Assembly (NCBI GenBank): GCA_964016885.1
Contig: OZ024754.1
Location: 31,620,001 to 31,684,000 of the forward strand
Source of the DNA: Eledone cirrhosa
Taxonomy: Eukaryota
Length of the DNA stretch: 64,000 nt
Direction of reading: 5' to 3'
Both the position numbers and the translations under genes were made by a program. Of this stretch, positions 58,974 to 64,000 are shown one piece after another. The stretch's first letter is position 1. Every line of letters starts with the position of its first letter. The notes under the pieces are model-generated. The model had not been told where the DNA came from. It saw only the letters and a list, made by a program, of their open reading frames with translations, and did not search any database.

Positions 58974-59888
58974 CAGGGGTCCCCAACCTTTTGGGTCCGC
59001 GGGCCGGATAGCCATGCAGCGGTGGCTCCGCAGGCCGGATAGCCATGCAGCGGTGGGTCCGCGGGCCGGATAGCCATGCAGCGGTGGCTCCGCGGGCCGG
59101 ATAGCCATGCAGCGGTGGCTCCGCGGGCCGGATAGCCATGCAGCGGTGGCTCCGCAGGCCGGATAGCCATGCAGCGGTGGTTCCGCGGGCCGGATAGCCA
59201 TGCAGCGGTGGCTCCGCAGGCCGGATAGCCATGCAGCGGTGGGTCCGCGGGCCGGATAGCCATGCAGCGGTGGGTCCGCGGGCCGGATAGCCATGCAGCG
59301 GTGGCTCCGCGGGCCGGATAGCCATGCAGCGGTGGGTCCGCGGGCCGGATAGCCATGCAGCGGTGGCTCCGCGGGCCGGATAGCCATGCAGCGGTGGCTC
59401 CGCAGGCCGGATAGCCATGCAGCGGTGGGTCCGCGGGCCGGATAGCCATGCAGCGGTGGCTCCGCGGGCCGGATAGCCATGCAGCGGTGGCTCCGTGGGC
59501 CGGATAGCCATGCAGCGGTGGCTCCGCAGGCCGGATAGCCATGCAGCGGTGTCTCCGCAGGCCGGATAGCCATGCAGCGGTGGGTCCGCGGGCCGGATAG
59601 CCATGCAGCGGTGGCTCCGCGGGCCGGATGCGCAATTAAGACTGCTTATATACAAATAAGAAGTTATTTATTTATCCCTTATGTTAGATTTGAAACAAAA
59701 TTCAATATTGATACTTAGAGCTGTTCCAAGCAGAAAAATACATTTAAACATTGTTTTATTCGACAATATCGATAGATCGGGTTCGAATTTACTGCAAACT
59801 GTACCCTTTTTAGGACCCTCGCGGGCAGGTTAAAGGCCTTCGTGGGCCAGATTGAAACTCTTCGCGGGCCGGGGTTTAGGGACCCCTG
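58974..59888. mobile_element. hAT MITE with internal 31-bp minisatellite (about 58994-59629, about 20 units)
   Basis: TIRs CAGGGGTCCCCAAC / GTTTAGGGACCCCTG; perfect 8-bp TSD CTTTAAAG. Confidence 0.92.
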
Positions 59889-60242
59889 CTTTAAAGGATA
59901 GCAAATTTGTATAATAAAATATAGAAGGTCAGATAGAATGCTATATGGTATTCTTCCCGACTCTCTGCTCTCGGAGTTCAAATCCTGCCGAGGTCAGCTT
60001 TGCCTTTCATCCTTTCGAGGTCGAAAAAAAAAAAGTACCAGTCTAGTACTGGGGTGGATTCTGCCTCTGTATCCCTTTCTCATTTCTTCCCTTTCACTTT
60101 GTACCTTTCTCTGGAAGAAATCTGCTCTACTCAGGCCTGGAGAGGGATGGACTCCGCCAGGCTTACAAATGGCCGAGAAACGCCGTATGTCAATATGGCG
60201 CCCTTACGACTTTATCAGGAGTTATAAGATCATATATACATA

Positions 60243-60412
60243 CCGTATTTCCCGGTGCCGAAGACGCTTCTTCCTCGGAGACGCACCATAATTTTGACAA
60301 CAAAATATTTGAAAAAAAAAATGATAAACAATCTTCTGCCTCCAGGGCGCATGGTCGAGTTTTGAGGCTTATTTTAGGAAAAAAGTAGCGTCTTCGGCGC
60401 CGGGAAATACGG
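60243..60412. mobile_element. Tc2/pogo-type MITE
   Basis: TIRs CCGTATTTCCCGGTGCCGAAGACGC / GCGTCTTCGGCGCCGGGAAATACGG; TA on the left. Confidence 0.8.
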
Positions 60413-61664
60413 TCATCAAATTAACTATAATAATAATTTCCTGCGATCAATAAGTAAATCACTACACATCGTTGCCGTGTTGCATCGTTGCCGTGTTGCA
60501 TCGTTGCCGTGTAGTATCGTTGTGCAGGGGCGGTGGGTCAATTTAGTTGCAGTGTAATTTACCAACAAGGATATCAAAAAAACTTCGATATGCGATAAAC
60601 ATAGCATGTACATAAATTGTAACGCTTATACAAATAGATGTGTGTTTTTGGTGGTTTGGGGAGAAAAATATAATTATGGGTGGGTGGGAGGGGATATGGT
60701 CCCCCTGGGTGGGGGGGATATGGTCATCCACCCCTCACTTCCACTGTCATTGTTGTCGTAATATCAAACGTGATGGGGAGTGTCGATTGTGTGTGTGAGA
60801 ACTGTGTAGTGGCAAATGCAGGCTTATTATTTTTTGGGGTGTGGTCATAGCAAGAGGTGTTCAGAAGTAGGTTTGTCAGTTTGCCAGAAGGAGGTGCACA
60901 ATTTTTCGTCACATTTTTCTAGCCACCCAAAAGACCCAGCGGGTATTGTTCAAATACCCGCATTCAAAAGGGTAATTAGGTGTTGTAGATATTTATGTTT
61001 GGAGAGGGTTCTACAGGTAGTGACATGGCTGGCGTGTGTGTTTTTTTTGGTGAGGGTGGTGAGGCAACAAACTGTGACCCCCCCCCTCCCTCATATGTCC
61101 AAGTCAGGGTGGGTAAGGTTAGTAAGGAGGGGTAATGAAACTAGAAACATATGAGAGGGGAGTGAAGAGAAGAGAGATGGGGGTAGGGAGGCAATGAAGA
61201 ATCTAAAAAAGATAGTTGAGTAATGGAAAGGTGAAGTAGGGGTGAGGGGATATGTGTGTGTATGTATGTCTATATATATATATATATGTCTATATATACT
61301 CACGGGGAGAAAGAGAAGAGGAGGGAGAGACAACGATAGGGCGGGTGTATAAACGGCGGGTGAGTGTGTATATGAACGGCGTGTGTGTGTGTATATATGA
61401 ACGGCGTGCGTGTGTGTGTATATGAACGGCGTGTGTGTGTGTGTGTGTGTACTCGCAGTCGGGAAGAATTAAGTGTGTCTCAATAAAAAGCTTGTAATGA
61501 ATGTTTGGAAACATGACTGGAAGCTGGTTTAAACTGGTTTAAACTGGGTTTGAACTGGGTAGGAACTGGGTATGAAAATATAGAAGGTACTCAAGGTAAA
61601 AACACAGGTTTCAGGCCTCATGGTAAGAAAAAAAGTGGTTTGGAAGAGGGGCACTGGTAAAGAT

Positions 61665-63032
61665 GTTGGTGGCGGCGGCTGTAGTGGTGGTGGTGGTGGT
61701 GCTGGTGTTGATCTTGGTGGCGGTGATGCTGACGGGGGTGTTGATCTTGTCGGTGGTGTTGGTGATGTCGGTGGTGGTGTTGGTAGTGGTGGTGGTGTTG
61801 GTGTTGGTGGTGATGTCGGTGGTGGTGGTGGTGTTGGTGGTGATGTCGGTGGTGTTGGTGGTGTTGGTGGTGGTGGTGGTGGTGGTATTAGTTGTGGTCG
61901 TCGTCATGGAATTGGTCTGATGGTTGTTGTTGTTGTTGTTGTTGTCTTGGTGGTGGTGGTGTTGATCTTGGTGGCGGTGATGCTGACGGGGGTGTTGATT
62001 TTGTCGGTGGTGTTGGTGGTAGTGGTGGTGGTGTTGGTGTTGGTGGTGGTAGTGGTGGTGGTGTTGGTGGTGATGTCGGTGGTGTTGGTGGTGTTGGTGG
62101 TGATGTCTTTGGTGGTGGTGGTGTTGGTGATGTCGGTGGTGTTGGTGGTGTTGGTGATGTCGGTGGTGTTGGTGGTGTTGGTGGTGTTGGTGGTGTTGGT
62201 GGTGGTGTTGGTGGTGGTAGTGGTAGTGGTGGTGGTGGTGGTGGTGGTGGTGGTGGTGGTGATGTCGGTGGTGTTGGTGGTGTTGGTGGTGTTGGTGGTG
62301 GTGTTGGTGGTGGTAGTGGTGGTGGTGGTGGTGGTGGTGGTGGTGGTGGTGGTGGTGGTGATGTCGGTGGTGTTGGTGGTGTTGGTGGTGTTGGTGGTGT
62401 TGGTGGTGGTGTTGGTGGTGGTAGTGGTAGTGGTGGTGGTGGTGGTGGTGGTGATGTCGGTGGTGTTGGTGGTGTTGGTGGTGTTGGTGGTGGTGTTGGT
62501 GGTGGTAGTGGTAGTGGTGGTGGTGGTGGTGGTGGTGGTGGTGGTGGTGGTGGTGGTGGTGATGTCGGTGGTGTTGGTGGTGGTAGTGGTGGTGGTGGTG
62601 GTGGTAGTGGTGGTGGTGGTGGTGGTAGTGGTGGTGGTGTTGGTGGTGTTGGTGATGTCGGTGGTGGTGGTAGTGGTAGTGGTGGTGGTGGTGGTGGTGA
62701 TGGTGTTCGTGGTGGTGGTGTTGGTGGTGTTGATGTTAATCTTGGTGGTGGTGTTGGTGATGTCGGTGGTGTTGGTGGTGTTGGTGGTGGTGTTGGTGGT
62801 GCTGATGTTAATCTTGGTGGTGGTGGTGGTGTTGATGTTAATCTTGGTGGTAGTGGTGGTGTTCATGGTGGTGGTGGTGGTGGTTTTGATGTTAATCTTG
62901 GTGGTGGTGGTGGTGGTGTTCGTGGTGGTGGTGGTGGTGGTGATCTTAATCTTGGTGGTGGTGGTGATGTCGGTGGTATTGAAGGCGTTGTTGTTGGGAT
63001 TATTCTTTACTGTTGTTGTTGTTGTTGTTGTT
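61665..63032. repeat. Degenerate (GGT)n array
   Basis: Direct reading; units such as GATGTCGGTGGTGTTGGT. Confidence 0.9.
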
Positions 63033-63646
63033 TAAGAAAACATTCAATGAATTTTTACAACGTGAGGTTGAATGAAGGTTGGAACGTGTAACATGTTATT
63101 TCTATTGGTACCATGTTGGTTGTGTGTTAGGGGTGTGTCACAGTGTGTGTGTGTGTGTGTCACAGTGTGTGTGTATGTGTCACAGTGTGTGTGTGTGTCA
63201 CAGTGTGGGTGTATGTGTCACTGTGTGTGTGTGTATGTGTCACTGTGTGTGTGTGTGTATGTGTTTTCTGGAAAACAGCCCAGAACCGAGAACTGATAAA
63301 ACACTATATTTTATGTTTTTTAGTCAAAAAAAAAAAAATTTTTCCTTAAAAAAAATATTTATTTATTTATCCTTTTGGAAAGCTTGTACACCCGGGTCTC
63401 GAATAATGACCCCCACCCCCACCACCCCACGCTTATTAATTTTTCAGATTTTTTTCAAACCCCTCACTTATTAAATCTTACTAATCTATCTCCGGTGAAA
63501 TTTTATTTTAAGTAGTAGCATTCCTGCGACAATTAATTTTCTTTATACATTAAAAAAACATCATACATGACGGACAGTGTAAGGATGAAGGGCGAAGCTA
63601 ACCTCGGTGCGATTTGAACTCAGAACGTAAAAAGACCAGACAAATG

Positions 63647-63838
63647 ATTGTTTCTACTTTTGGCACAAGACTAGCAATTATCCCACTGTATTACTGGTAC
63701 TTTATTTTGTCGACTCCGTAAGGATGAAAGGCAAAGTTAACCTCGGCGGGATTTGAACTCAGATCATAAAGGACCGTAACTCTGTGCTACAAAGCATGGC
63801 GTCCGACCCTCTAACGATACTGCCAATCTACTGCCCTC
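63647..63838 (-). mobile_element. SINE family 1, full length
   Basis: A/B boxes, core, tail. Confidence 0.9.
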
Positions 63839-64000
63839 AAATAATGCCAAGCATTTGTCCGACGCTCTAGCGACTCTGCTAAATACTTTCAAATTTAATT
63901 TTTTGTTTATTTTGTTCTGTTTCTCTCCATTTCTCTCTCTCCACCTCTCTCACCCCTTCTGTCCCTTTCATTTTCTCTCCCTTTCTCTCTCTCTCTCTTT

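Noticed and set aside
58913-59655. 200-240 aa repeat proteins
   Set aside because: Products of the 31-bp minisatellite inside a TIR/TSD-bounded MITE.

Overview
Eukaryotic, AT-rich, microsatellite-saturated DNA. The SINE families and repeat landscape point to an octopus-type cephalopod (inference). There is one convincing host gene: an intronless, four-RRM cytoplasmic poly(A)-binding protein lacking the MLLE/PABC domain (25673-26872, minus). The rest is mobile DNA and simple repeats: tRNA-derived SINEs, hAT/Tc-mariner/Helitron non-autonomous elements, LINE fragments (Vingi-like, Tx1/L1, R4-like, RTE, CRE, HERO-like), minisatellites (56, 42, 37, 31 bp) and Penelope-like elements (PLEs) with a C-terminal GIY-YIG endonuclease. 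The most striking signal is a large set of short, mostly fold-back (inverted-repeat) elements inserted in (TA)n tracts. By eye they carry about 28 copies, in about 12 sequence types, of minimal type-I hammerhead ribozyme motifs (some degenerate). They share one architecture with the coding PLE here, and several share an ACTC..GAGT tail motif. Nearly all ORFs in the ORF track are microsatellite artefacts. All calls are by inspection only; no searches or folding were run.
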